64,000 nucleotides of DNA from Patescibacteria group bacterium (GCA_016936175.1 JAFGPN010000016.1:1648-65647); one strand, 5' to 3'. Positions 1 to 9,654 are shown, counted from the stretch's first letter. Notes: generated by a model from the sequence alone, not told the origin. Translations and numbers: made by a program.

Positions 1-46
1 CCGCGGGCAGGCAAAACCACCGATAGCCCCTCCACCCCCGCCATTT

Positions 47-817
47 ATGCCGCCAAAACCACCTGCTCCGCCAGTTAATACTGCCAAGCGAGTGCTGGAT
101 CTGGTCACCTTGGTGGTAATCGTAGGGTTGATCATCGGCATTATCGCTGTTGCGCGCGGCGGTAGCTCCAACACGCCCAGCCTCGTAAACCAACAAGGCC
201 TAACGGTTACTGGCGAGGGTATGGCCTATGTTACCCCAGATGTAGCTAAGATAGATTTTGGCATTAGCACCGAGGCTAAGAACTTGGCCGACTCGCAAAA
301 ACTAAACAGCGAGTCCATCGCCAGGATTAAAGACGCCCTGCAAACCTACAGCATCGAAGCGAAAGACATCAAAACCCTCTACTACACCATCAACCCAGAA
401 TATAACTACATCCTCAATGGCCGGTCCCCACAACTACGCGGTTACACCACCCGCCACACCGTCCGTATTACCGTACGCAAGTTAGAGGATGCCGATAGCG
501 TGGTTCAGACCTTAGGTAATTCTGGCGCCACCGAGATCAGCCAAGTCCAATTTACGGTGGATGATCCCTCGGACGTTCAAAAAGAAGCTCGCGAAAAAGC
601 TATCGATGCCGCTAAAGAAAAAGCCACCCAACTGGCTAAGCTCAGCGGAGCAAGCCTCGGCCGAATCATCTCAATTAATGAGAACACCCCCAATATCGAC
701 GGTGGTATTGTGCCGCGGTTCTCCGAAGGAATGGGTGGCGGCGGTATAATGCCCGGCTTAGAAGAAGGTAGTATGTCCATCACCTCTAACGTCACCATCA
801 CCTACTCCCTCAACTAA
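47..817 (+). CDS. SIMPL (DUF541) domain protein with N-terminal membrane anchor
   Basis: TM helix followed by TVTGEG..V.PD.A, AR.KA...AKEKA..LA...G..LG.I and a C-terminal V.ITY, typical of SIMPL. Confidence 0.85.
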   Translation: MPPKPPAPPVNTAKRVLDLVTLVVIVGLIIGIIAVARGGSSNTPSLVNQQGLTVTGEGMAYVTPDVAKIDFGISTEAKNLADSQKLNSESIARIKDALQTYSIEAKDIKTLYYTINPEYNYILNGRSPQLRGYTTRHTVRITVRKLEDADSVVQTLGNSGATEISQVQFTVDDPSDVQKEAREKAIDAAKEKATQLAKLSGASLGRIISINENTPNIDGGIVPRFSEGMGGGGIMPGLEEGSMSITSNVTITYSLN

Positions 818-821
818 CCCA

Positions 822-960
822 CGTCATCCTGGCTTGCCCAGGATCGTAGATGACTAATCCCCCGCTCCGACTGCAGTCGGAGCGGGTTTATAATCGACAA
901 CGTCGTCCTCGAGCCGGAGGCGGCAACCATCCGACATCGGGGAGTCAGACAAAAACAGAG
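822..960. repeat. Cluster of three palindromic (REP-like) elements
   Basis: GTCATC..GATGAC element (823-854); perfect 26-bp palindrome CCCGCTCCGACTGCAGTCGGAGCGGG (861-886); ~70-bp unit (890-960) also present at 49399-49467. Confidence 0.8.
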
Positions 961-977
961 CTGTATAATTAAACTAT

Positions 978-3176
978 ATGGCTACCAGGCGCAAAAAATT
1001 AGTGCTGATAGACGGGAACTCCCTTGTCCATAGGGGTTTTCATGCCTTTTCGCGGCTTAACCTCACCTCCCCCACTGGCGAACACACTGGGGCCACCTAC
1101 GGTTTTGCCTTTATTTTGCTAAATATCCTGAATAAACTAAAACCAGATTATATCGCGGTCACCTTTGATACCCAGACCCCCACCTTCCGCCACGAGGAAT
1201 ACAAAGAGTACAAAGCCACCCGTATCAAGGCGCCACAGGAGCTCTACGATCAGATACCTCGCATCCAGGAACTGGTCGAAACCTTTAATATTCCGATGTT
1301 TCTAAAAGATGGGTTCGAGGCCGACGATATTATCGGCACCCTCTCTGCCCAAGCGCCAAAAGACATAGACACCTATATTGCCACCGGCGATATGGATACC
1401 CTCCAGCTGGTAGATAACAACACCTTTGTTTATGCCCCCCGCAAAGGCTTTTCGGATATGCTCATCTTCGATGCCGATACGGTTAAACACCTAAAAGGTC
1501 TCGCTCCCTCCCAGATGATAGATTACAAGGGTTTACGGGGCGACCCTTCGGATAATATTCCGGGTGTGCCCGGCATCGGCGAAAAAGGCGCCCTGCAACT
1601 TTTACAAGAGTTTGGTTCTATCGAGAATCTCTACAAGAATTTAGATAAGGTGCCAAACCGCTATCACAAACTATTAGAGGCCAACCGCGAGATAGCCGAA
1701 CAAAGCAAAAAATTGGCCACCATTATCCGTGATGTTCCAATTAAATTAGATCTTAAGCTGGCGGTGCTAAAAGAATATGACGAGAAAAAAGTGCGCGACC
1801 TCTTTTACAAGCTTGGATTTAATAGTTTAATGAACAAACTGCCAAAATCCACCGCCGAGCAATCTCTGCCCATTAAAGAAACCCCCTCTTCTCCCCCCCT
1901 TGATAAGGGGGGGATGGGGGGGGTTGTTAAAAAAACCATCAAAAATCAGGCGGATAAAATAGATGCGGAGCTCGAGCCAGTGCTTAAACGGATAGAGAGC
2001 GCTGGCGTGTTATTAGATACCAAATGGATAACTAACCTTAATAAAGAAGTTAGCGCTAAGTTGCTAGAGCTTAGTGGCCAGATCTATAAGCATTCGCACC
2101 AGGACTTTAATATCAACTCCCCCAGCCAGTTGGCGACGGTGCTGTTCGAAAAACTGCATCTCCCAACCGAAGGCATCTCCAAAACTAAAACCGGGTATTC
2201 TACTGCCGCCTCGGAGCTAAATAAGCTTAAAGACGCCCACCCCATTATCGAGCCCATCTTGGAATACCGCGAATTAGAAAAACTGCGAAACACCTATTTA
2301 GAAACTCTTCCGGGGTTAGTGGATAAAGACAGCCGGCTACATACCCACTTTGCCCAGAACACCTCGACCGGAAGATTAAGCTCATCCGAACCCAACCTCC
2401 AAAATATTCCCATCAGAACCGAACTGGGCGCCGAAATCCGCAAAGCCTTTATCGCTCCCAAGGGCTATCAACTTATCTCTGCCGATTACTCGCAGGTAGA
2501 GTTGCGGGTGGTCGCCCATATATCGCAGGATAAACGGTTGCTCGAGACCTTCCTCAAAAACGAAGATGTTCACACTGCTACCGCCGCCGAGATAGAAGGC
2601 GTATCGATGGACGAAGTAACCAGCGCTCAGCGGCGTAAGGCCAAGGCAGTTAACTTCGGTTTAATATACGGGATTAGCGCTCACGGATTAGCCGAGGGCA
2701 CCGGGATGAGCTATGGCGAGGCCAAAGATTATATCGAAAAATACTTTGCCCTCCACCCGAGTGTTAAAAAATATATCAAAGATACTATTCTGTTTGCCCA
2801 GCAAAAGGGATTTGTCCAAACCCTACTGGGCCGAAAACGCGAACTGCCAGAAGTTAATTCTAATATCGTTAATGTCCGCTTGGCGGCAGAGCGGATGGCG
2901 ATTAACGCTCCCATCCAAGGCACCGCCGCCGATATTATTAAGCTGGCGATGATAGAGATAGACAAAAACCTTAGCAAAATATCACCCAAGTCTAAGATGG
3001 TCCTGCAGATTCACGACGAACTGCTGTTCGAAGTGCCTGAGGGTGAGATCTCAAAAGCGGCAGACTTCGTAAAAGAGACTATGGAAAACATCTACCCACT
3101 TGATGTACCATTAACTGTTAATATCGAATCCGGCCCAAATTGGGGGGATACGAGGGAACTGTCATTCCGTAGCTAA
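978..3176 (+). CDS. polA: DNA polymerase I (5'-3' exonuclease + polymerase; no 3'-5' exonuclease domain)
   Basis: LIDGNSL, EADD, GDPSDNIPGV, TGRLSS.PNLQNIP, ADYSQVELR, KAVNFGLIYG and QIHDEL motifs. Confidence 0.97.
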   Translation: MATRRKKLVLIDGNSLVHRGFHAFSRLNLTSPTGEHTGATYGFAFILLNILNKLKPDYIAVTFDTQTPTFRHEEYKEYKATRIKAPQELYDQIPRIQELVETFNIPMFLKDGFEADDIIGTLSAQAPKDIDTYIATGDMDTLQLVDNNTFVYAPRKGFSDMLIFDADTVKHLKGLAPSQMIDYKGLRGDPSDNIPGVPGIGEKGALQLLQEFGSIENLYKNLDKVPNRYHKLLEANREIAEQSKKLATIIRDVPIKLDLKLAVLKEYDEKKVRDLFYKLGFNSLMNKLPKSTAEQSLPIKETPSSPPLDKGGMGGVVKKTIKNQADKIDAELEPVLKRIESAGVLLDTKWITNLNKEVSAKLLELSGQIYKHSHQDFNINSPSQLATVLFEKLHLPTEGISKTKTGYSTAASELNKLKDAHPIIEPILEYRELEKLRNTYLETLPGLVDKDSRLHTHFAQNTSTGRLSSSEPNLQNIPIRTELGAEIRKAFIAPKGYQLISADYSQVELRVVAHISQDKRLLETFLKNEDVHTATAAEIEGVSMDEVTSAQRRKAKAVNFGLIYGISAHGLAEGTGMSYGEAKDYIEKYFALHPSVKKYIKDTILFAQQKGFVQTLLGRKRELPEVNSNIVNVRLAAERMAINAPIQGTAADIIKLAMIEIDKNLSKISPKSKMVLQIHDELLFEVPEGEISKAADFVKETMENIYPLDVPLTVNIESGPNWGDTRELSFRS
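1880..1925. repeat. C/G-run palindrome translated in frame within polA (TPSSPPLDKGGMGGV)
   Basis: Perfect stem TCCCCCCCTT-gat-AAGGGGGGGA (1892-1914) with outer AACCCCC/GGGGGTT. Confidence 0.75.
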
Positions 3177-3220
3177 ACTATTCTGAAGCTTTAGCGGAAG
3201 ATGGTAAAGCGTAGGATGAC
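3161..3220. repeat. GTCAT...ATGAC palindromic element overlapping the polA 3' end
   Basis: GTCATTC/GGATGAC ends; internal CGTAG-CTAAA..TTTAG-CGGAAG; contains the polA stop. Confidence 0.6.
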
Positions 3221-3303
3221 CCCTCCTGGGGCACCACCAAAAATATTCAATACCCAAAGTAGAAACAGTTATGCGAGGGCTGAGCACGTCAAGGAGGCTG
3301 GTT

Positions 3304-4359
3304 TTACTCTCGATTGTTAAATATCCCTATCTCTTGTTCATAGATTACTTCGATGCCCTGGGCAACAACATCAGAACCAACGAACTGGCTGAAATCGTTT
3401 TTATCCACCCTCATATTGCCCCCTTTTGATAGCGCAATAACGCCGATATAAAACGGGTTGTTGGGACTACTGTTAATGTTCCGCCTCCCATCAAATCCCA
3501 AAGTGGAAAAGATATTGTCCTCCACTAACACCCTACCGCCCCCAGAGGTTCCGGTGACTCTCACACCCATAACCCTTACCCCGTGACGAGAAATGGGCGG
3601 ATATGTATTACTGGATTCCGTCGGAAAAACAAATTCATTTTTAAAGATATGAATTAACCCACTATCCTGTGCAGTAGTACTAATTGCTACGTTGGCATGT
3701 TGGTTTTCGGCCCAGAGTCTCGATATCACAAAAGTATTTTTTTCAAAGGACACCTGAGAACCTATATCCGAAGTCGCTCCAAAACTCAAAACGTTACCGT
3801 CAGATGGATAATTGTTAACAAAATGATTCCCAGTTGCTTGTATGGACGCACCCTGCCTGGCATCAAGTACAAATTGCACATTCTGGAAATCAAACCCACT
3901 AACCAGGATAGATGCACTCTGTCTCCCGCCAAAAGTCAACGACGTCTGGGGATGGGCATCGGGGGGGAGAATAGTAGTTAGGCCAGGTAGATTGCCCCTG
4001 CCCACCACAACCCTTTCTCCATCATAAAATCCCAACATTCGGGTGCTGTTTATATCGACATCGGTAAGATGGTACTCCTCGCCGTCAACAATAACCTGAG
4101 CAGGCTCAGCTTCTGGGCTGTAGAATTCACTCACCAAGGCAAAGGCTCTACTAAAACTGCGCACTGGTGAATCATGAGAACCATCATTCTGATCGTCGCC
4201 CTGGTCAGATAAAAATACGGTTTGCGAAGTATCCACCTGCGGCAACGTAAACGCTGAGCTACCTGGTATGTCCTGTGATACGTACCAGGCAATACCACCC
4301 AGCACAATCAAAACTGCTACAATGGCTGCGACTTTTTCAAATGTATTCCAGTTTTTCAT
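3304..4359 (-). CDS. Membrane-anchored DUF1565/right-handed beta-helix-like protein
   Basis: N-terminal TM; GDDQNDGS..SPVRSFSRA motif; repeated xxN.F strands. Confidence 0.6.
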   Translation of the reverse strand: MKNWNTFEKVAAIVAVLIVLGGIAWYVSQDIPGSSAFTLPQVDTSQTVFLSDQGDDQNDGSHDSPVRSFSRAFALVSEFYSPEAEPAQVIVDGEEYHLTDVDINSTRMLGFYDGERVVVGRGNLPGLTTILPPDAHPQTSLTFGGRQSASILVSGFDFQNVQFVLDARQGASIQATGNHFVNNYPSDGNVLSFGATSDIGSQVSFEKNTFVISRLWAENQHANVAISTTAQDSGLIHIFKNEFVFPTESSNTYPPISRHGVRVMGVRVTGTSGGGRVLVEDNIFSTLGFDGRRNINSSPNNPFYIGVIALSKGGNMRVDKNDFSQFVGSDVVAQGIEVIYEQEIGIFNNRE

Positions 4360-4405
4360 GATAAATTAGATTAGGACTATACCAAACATCTACAGTATAA
4401 CGCAT

Positions 4406-5389
4406 ATGCCTGAACTCCCCGAAGTAGAAACAGTTGTAAGAGGTCTCTCCCGACACATCGTCGGGCAGAGAGTTAAGCATATCCACATTCCAGCCAAAAA
4501 TAGTTTTAAAGGCACAGCCAAAAAGGCAGAGGGTCTTTCGATAAAAAAGATAACCCGCCGAGGCAAGGGCATTATTATTGAGCTTGCGAAACCCGGCGTA
4601 GCTCGAAAGAGCGAAGACGGATCGAATTCCTTGTCTCTACTCATCCATCTAAAGATGACTGGGCAATTGATATATGTTCCCGCCTCTCGTCATGCTGAAT
4701 TTAGTTCAGCATCTAAAAGCAAGATCCTGAAACGAGTTCAGGATGACGGTAGATTGAACTTTGGCCACCCCACCGATGATTTTACTAACACCATGCCATC
4801 CAAGCACACCCGAGTCATTTTTGAACTAACCCCTACCCGCTTACCCGCTCACTCGCTTACCCGCTCTTCTAACTTTTTGTATTTTAATGACCAGCGCCGG
4901 TTCGGTTGGGTAAAGCTGACCCCAACCAAAGATGTGCCAAAAGATAAGTTCTTCGCAGGATTGGGGCTAGAGCCTCTCGATAAAAAATTCACTCCCACCT
5001 TTTTATACGATGCCATCAAGCGTCGGCCCAAAAGCAACATCAAAGCCATCATCTTAGACCAAACATTGATTACCGGTTTGGGCAATATCTATTCCAACGA
5101 GGCATTATTCTATGCCCGCATCCTTCCTACTCGCCTGGGCAAAACTATCAAAAAGCCGGAGGCCACCAAGCTCCACTCCGCCATCCAAAAGGTGCTACGC
5201 CTCGGCATCAAACACTCCGGCACCAGCATCGCTAACTATCGTAGCGCCGAGGGGGCGCTGGGCAATATGCAGAAATACTTAACTGTGTACGGTCGCAAAG
5301 GCCTCCCCTGCCACGGGTGTAAAGGCACTGTTAAAGCCATCCACCTCAACGGCCGAAGCGCTTACTTCTGCCCCTCCTGTCAAAAATAA
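4406..5389 (+). CDS. mutM: Formamidopyrimidine-DNA glycosylase (Fpg/MutM) with three repeat-derived insertions
   Basis: MPELPEVE, RRGK, HLKMTG, D.RRFG, GLGNIY..E, C-terminal C4 zinc finger. Confidence 0.96.
   Translation: MPELPEVETVVRGLSRHIVGQRVKHIHIPAKNSFKGTAKKAEGLSIKKITRRGKGIIIELAKPGVARKSEDGSNSLSLLIHLKMTGQLIYVPASRHAEFSSASKSKILKRVQDDGRLNFGHPTDDFTNTMPSKHTRVIFELTPTRLPAHSLTRSSNFLYFNDQRRFGWVKLTPTKDVPKDKFFAGLGLEPLDKKFTPTFLYDAIKRRPKSNIKAIILDQTLITGLGNIYSNEALFYARILPTRLGKTIKKPEATKLHSAIQKVLRLGIKHSGTSIANYRSAEGALGNMQKYLTVYGRKGLPCHGCKGTVKAIHLNGRSAYFCPSCQK
4593..4620. repeat. CGTAG-hairpin-CGAAG element in frame in mutM
   Basis: CCG-G-CGTAG-CTC-GAAA-GAG-CGAAG-A-CGG; same layout at 63365-63390. Confidence 0.65.
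4688..4748. repeat. CGTCAT...ATGACG double-hairpin element in frame in mutM
   Basis: ATGCTGAA-tttag-TTCAGCAT and ATCCTGAA-acgag-TTCAGGAT inside 6-bp terminal IR. Confidence 0.85.
4833..4864 (+). repeat. 8-bp tandem repeat x4 in mutM
   Basis: CTACCCGC TTACCCGC TCACTCGC TTACCCGC. Confidence 0.8.
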
Positions 5390-5408
5390 TTCCGAGCTTG
5401 TCGAGGGA

Positions 5409-6191
5409 CTAAAATGATTCGCTTTCGCAGGCTCTCTGCTGAGCCTGTTCTTGGGATATTTTGCTGGCAGGTGGCTGCCATTTAGATAGACCCGCTGGCG
5501 AAGAAATATTTAATGAGTAGAACCCATCGTTGTTGAGCCACCAGTTAAAGCACGGTCCGGGAGAATTTTCCGGGTAATCTTTGTGGAGAATCAACTTATC
5601 GCCATAAGTAGCGATGATCTCATAGAAAGCAGCTGGGTAAAAACCGCCCGTAGATGCTTTTGATGATGTGTTTTTGTTTTCAAACAGCTTGCTTAGAACA
5701 CGACTACTGCTATCAAAAGCATAGATTCTGCTCGTAATCGGCCCTTCTGCCTCTATGGCGCTCCCGTACCCTTCGACACTCGTAAATAAGAGCACACCAC
5801 CATCTAGGGGGCTCTTCGCGATTACATCATCCCAAATGGCTTCCTGATCCATTTGCGGCTCGTAGGAGGTCGCCCCACTTTCCGCCCGTCGAAGCTCGCG
5901 ATCAAGTTGCAACGACTGAGCTCGTGTCATAGGCAACCCCAATCTCTTATCTGCACTATCCTTAAAATAGCTAACCCTCTCTCCCTCGTAAGTCATTTGG
6001 GCAATGTTTATATCCATAGTGTCATTGCCCCAAAGATCCACCAACGTAGCGGGTTGTGGTGCGGCAGTCGTAGCGTCGTCCGATTCTTTCTCGAAAGACA
6101 GAGAGGGCGCAGCCGAGCGACCCAGATAATAACTACCAAAACCAATCCCACCCAACACCACCAAACCTATCAACCAATAAAGATACTTCAT
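5409..6191 (-). CDS. Hypothetical membrane-anchored extracytoplasmic protein
   Basis: 260-aa ORF with N-terminal TM; no recognised motif. Confidence 0.6.
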   Translation of the reverse strand: MKYLYWLIGLVVLGGIGFGSYYLGRSAAPSLSFEKESDDATTAAPQPATLVDLWGNDTMDINIAQMTYEGERVSYFKDSADKRLGLPMTRAQSLQLDRELRRAESGATSYEPQMDQEAIWDDVIAKSPLDGGVLLFTSVEGYGSAIEAEGPITSRIYAFDSSSRVLSKLFENKNTSSKASTGGFYPAAFYEIIATYGDKLILHKDYPENSPGPCFNWWLNNDGFYSLNISSPAGLSKWQPPASKISQEQAQQRACESESF

Positions 6192-6306
6192 AATTAAAAA
6201 TTACGGATAACTACCCATATTATACTCCCCCCTAAATTGACTCCTACAAATAAAAAACCGCCAACCCCCTTAGAGGTCAGCGGTGTGAGACCAGAGCATG
6301 CTCCAG

Positions 6307-6837
6307 CTACATGTCGGTAAAAGCCAGCCAGGAGATCTCCTGGCCATCCCCGCCGCGGAGACGATAGTGATCCGGAATCCCCTCGACCCCACAGGGATTG
6401 TCATCGTGAACCGCAGTCACACCCATGCCCCATGCCAGATTTTGGTCCAGGATGGGGGCAAAAGTAACGTCTTGCGACACGATCAGGATAGGGGTTTCTG
6501 GTAACCGCGAGACGCAGTTGGCCAGCGAGCACGTCTCCGGCAAAGCGCAGAGGCGGAGACCCATCGCTTGGGCATATCCCGCGGCTGCCCGCACCAGATC
6601 ACCGACCCGAACGTCTCCGGGCGCCTTGACGAGGGTCACGGTGATACTTCGAGGCGAAGATGACACTTCGCCCTCGCCTTTTGTTGACAGCTGGTCTTGG
6701 TCTTGAGGTTGGAACGGCAATGGAAACGGGCGCACTCCCGCCTCATAAGCCTGTTGCAAACTCTCAAAAACCTCAACCCCTTCAATGTGGCACGATCTCT
6801 GCCCCTGTAAGACATCAGTTTTTACTGGATCGCTCAT
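6307..6837 (-). CDS. Hypothetical protein (orphan)
   Basis: 176-aa ORF; AGGAG RBS; upstream TTGACG-N17-TAGGGT (7026-6998); downstream hairpin + T-run near 6254-6284. Confidence 0.55.
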   Translation of the reverse strand: MSDPVKTDVLQGQRSCHIEGVEVFESLQQAYEAGVRPFPLPFQPQDQDQLSTKGEGEVSSSPRSITVTLVKAPGDVRVGDLVRAAAGYAQAMGLRLCALPETCSLANCVSRLPETPILIVSQDVTFAPILDQNLAWGMGVTAVHDDNPCGVEGIPDHYRLRGGDGQEISWLAFTDM

Positions 6838-7055
6838 AACACAGACTCCTGTGAAAACAGTAGGGCAACCCGATCACTGTTAGTGACTCGGGGTGGCAGG
6901 CAGGGCCGATCCGCTAATTGGACCAAAAAAATCTCCATCTGCCAAATATGTCAAAGCTGTTCTTGCTGTTATTAAGAGGCACTGATTGCCCGGCCCCACC
7001 CTACCACGATCCAATGGAACCGTCAAGAGAAAACCCGCTCTGGGAGCACAGAACA

Positions 7056-7352
7056 TCAGACTATGTAGCGGACGGACTTAACCAAATCTTCACCTAATGC
7101 CTGGTTAATCAAGCGAGTGATTTTTCGTTGCCGGGAACGGATGTCGGTTAGGTAAGTCGTATCCGACACCGAGATGGTTAGCACTCCATCCCGGAAGTTT
7201 ATCGGCTCGTGCGCCTGCATCGCCCTGCTTAATAAAAACTTGGCAGCATACTCTTGCCATAATTTACACACCTGCCCGCTATCGACCGCGGCAGTTTGCG
7301 AGATGTTTTTGGCGTCCCGCGGGATGCTATCGGCTATCTTTTGCCAGTTCAT
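7056..7352 (-). CDS. DUF721/DciA family protein
   Basis: W...A, G.L.I.V, I...IN..LG...V..VR pattern; position downstream of recF. Confidence 0.75.
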   Translation of the reverse strand: MNWQKIADSIPRDAKNISQTAAVDSGQVCKLWQEYAAKFLLSRAMQAHEPINFRDGVLTISVSDTTYLTDIRSRQRKITRLINQALGEDLVKSVRYIV

Positions 7353-7365
7353 AACAATAAGAGAA

Positions 7366-7471
7366 AATGTCTAATTACTAATGACTAATGTCTAACTAAG
7401 TCCCAATAACCAAAATTTGATATTATGGCTTGGTAATTATTTAGAAATTAGAAATTCGTCATTAGAAATTG
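7366..7471. repeat. Two inverted arrays of degenerate heptamers (AATKWCT)
   Basis: AATGTCT AATTACT AATGACT AATGTCT on +; AATTTCT AATGACG AATTTCT AATTTCT on -. Confidence 0.7.
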
Positions 7472-8555
7472 CCCCCGATATAACGCCGGCCTCAACGTTT
7501 AGCACATTAGCGTCTTTGGATATCTTGTGGCGATCGGTAGTAGTAATTATTATCTGGGCATCTTCTAAAAAATTGATCACCCGCTTACTATTGCCTTCGT
7601 CTAATTCCGAGAAGATATCGTCTAATAGATATATCGGCGACTCTTGGAGTTGTTTTTTAATATACTCTCCTTCTGCCAACCTAAGAGCCACCATTATTAA
7701 TCTAAACTCGCCTTGTGAGGCAACCTGCCGCGCGTCTAGGTCGTTTAACAAAAACACTAGATCATCTCGATGCGGCCCAAAGGTGGTATGGCCGTATCGG
7801 ATATCCTCATCTCGGTTCTTTATCAATCGGCTAATATATTGTTCTGGCCCAATTACTCCAGCATCGGTTTGGTAAACCACCCGAAGGCGCGCATCAACCT
7901 GGCCAGTAATCTGGGAATAAATTGGACCCACCCAAACCCCAAGCGCATCTATTAGCGCCTGTCGTTTTTTAATTATTTGAGAGCCCAATACCGACATCCG
8001 ATCATCCCAGGGGCTTAGCTCTTTTACATCGGCCTGATGACGCCTGACCAAAGTCAATAACTGGTTGCGTTGTTTTAATGCTTTGGCGTAAGCCATCAAA
8101 TCGTCGTAGTAGGTGGGGTCTACTTTAGCGATAAGGTGGTTCATAAATGCCCGACGAGTCACTGGTTGCAATCGCATTAGGCTAACGTTATCGGGCGCGA
8201 ACAACACCATTAAAAAACTACCCAAAAAATCCGCTTTACTGACCTTAGCGTTATCTAACCTAAAGTTTTTGGTAACCCCCACCTCGTCGCGTTCTAATAC
8301 AACATTGGCCACCCGAGGATTGCCGTTATCTAATTCGAAGCTGGCCTCAATACGAGCAAACAGTTCGCCAGTTTTGATCGCCCAGGCTTCCTTAGAACTG
8401 CGAAAAGAATCCCCAGCCGAGAGATAGTAGAGTGCCTCTAACACATTGGTCTTGCCTTGCCCGTTATCTCCCACCAAAAAATTATTTTTACCAAAACTAA
8501 TCTCAGCATTAGAGATGTTGCGAAAGTTAATCAGTGTTAGAGAGGTGCACTTCAT
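7437..8555 (-). CDS. recF: DNA replication/repair protein RecF
   Basis: NFRN, GDNGQGKTN Walker A, GPHRDD, SQGE, LLDDIFSELD. Confidence 0.96.
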   Translation of the reverse strand: MKCTSLTLINFRNISNAEISFGKNNFLVGDNGQGKTNVLEALYYLSAGDSFRSSKEAWAIKTGELFARIEASFELDNGNPRVANVVLERDEVGVTKNFRLDNAKVSKADFLGSFLMVLFAPDNVSLMRLQPVTRRAFMNHLIAKVDPTYYDDLMAYAKALKQRNQLLTLVRRHQADVKELSPWDDRMSVLGSQIIKKRQALIDALGVWVGPIYSQITGQVDARLRVVYQTDAGVIGPEQYISRLIKNRDEDIRYGHTTFGPHRDDLVFLLNDLDARQVASQGEFRLIMVALRLAEGEYIKKQLQESPIYLLDDIFSELDEGNSKRVINFLEDAQIIITTTDRHKISKDANVLNVEAGVISGAISNDEFLISK

Positions 8556-9646
8556 TAACTCCGAAGCGGCATAATGATGTAGGTTAGACCAGATTTCTCA
8601 TCAGCCGGCCGAATCAGACCAGGGTTAAGCTTGCCTACCATCTCTATTGCCACGCTCTCTCCCCCCGCGCCGTTAAGCGCATCTAACACATACCGCGCGT
8701 TAAAGCCGATATCGTTGTCCTCTCCGGTTACCTCGGCTGTTACCGACGATTTAAAATTGCCCAGCTGAGACGAGCTCGCCTCTATGTTTACCCCACCCTT
8801 GTTAAAGGTGAGTTTTACATTATTGGCGCTCTCTCTGGCAAAAAAGCTGGCGGTTTTAATTACCCCCAACAGATCATGAGCAGAGACTACCGCCTTAGTC
8901 TTAAAGTTTTTGGGGATTACCTGGGTGTAATCTGGATATTCGCCCTCAATCACCCGAGAAACCATATCCATATCGGGGAAACTAAACATAATCTGGTTTT
9001 CCGATACGGTTATCTTTATCTTCTCTCCCCCACTAATCACTCGATAGATCTCCTGAATAGTCTTAATTGGAACAATAAACTTAGCCTCTTCCTTGGTTGG
9101 AACAGCCAATACCTTTTCGGCTAATCGGTAACTATCGGTGGCGGCCAACTTTAAAGTATTGTTGCCAACCACAAAATAGACTCCTGTAAGAATGGGCCGA
9201 GATTCGTCAAATGAGGCCGCAAATCCCACCTGATTAATCGCTGATTTTAGGAGATTGCCATCAATCTCTAATACCTCTTTTCCTTTCACCTCTGGGATGC
9301 TGGGGAACTCATCGGCTGGCATACCGTTTAGGTTTGCCTCGCTTTTATCCGTTTTGGCGTAAAGGATGCTCTCCCTATCCTCCAACTCGATTTTATCCTC
9401 GGTCAAACTACCCACAAAACTACTCAACACTCTGCCAGGAACGGTAATAGAACCTGGTTGCTCGATCTTCCCTCCCAAATAGTAACTGATGCCCATTTCT
9501 AAGTCGGTGGCCGAAAGTACAACCTGATTCTCGTCCACTTTTATCAGCACATTATTAAGAATCGGCAAGGTGCTTTTACTAGCAACAATCTTATCTAAGA
9601 CCAACAATCCCCTTTTCAGTTTTTCTAATGAGACAGATATCTTCAT
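8555..9646 (-). CDS. dnaN: DNA polymerase III beta clamp
   Basis: LPIL.N, ATDLE, RPILTG, ATDSYRL, G.YPDY, IIMPLR. Confidence 0.97.
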   Translation of the reverse strand: MKISVSLEKLKRGLLVLDKIVASKSTLPILNNVLIKVDENQVVLSATDLEMGISYYLGGKIEQPGSITVPGRVLSSFVGSLTEDKIELEDRESILYAKTDKSEANLNGMPADEFPSIPEVKGKEVLEIDGNLLKSAINQVGFAASFDESRPILTGVYFVVGNNTLKLAATDSYRLAEKVLAVPTKEEAKFIVPIKTIQEIYRVISGGEKIKITVSENQIMFSFPDMDMVSRVIEGEYPDYTQVIPKNFKTKAVVSAHDLLGVIKTASFFARESANNVKLTFNKGGVNIEASSSQLGNFKSSVTAEVTGEDNDIGFNARYVLDALNGAGGESVAIEMVGKLNPGLIRPADEKSGLTYIIMPLRS

Positions 9647-9654
9647 TTCCTTAG

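Noticed and set aside
3220..3236. CCCTCCTGGGGCACCA as a tRNA 3' end or att remnant
   Set aside because: No T-loop or 5' half, and no matching tRNA in the window; cannot be supported.
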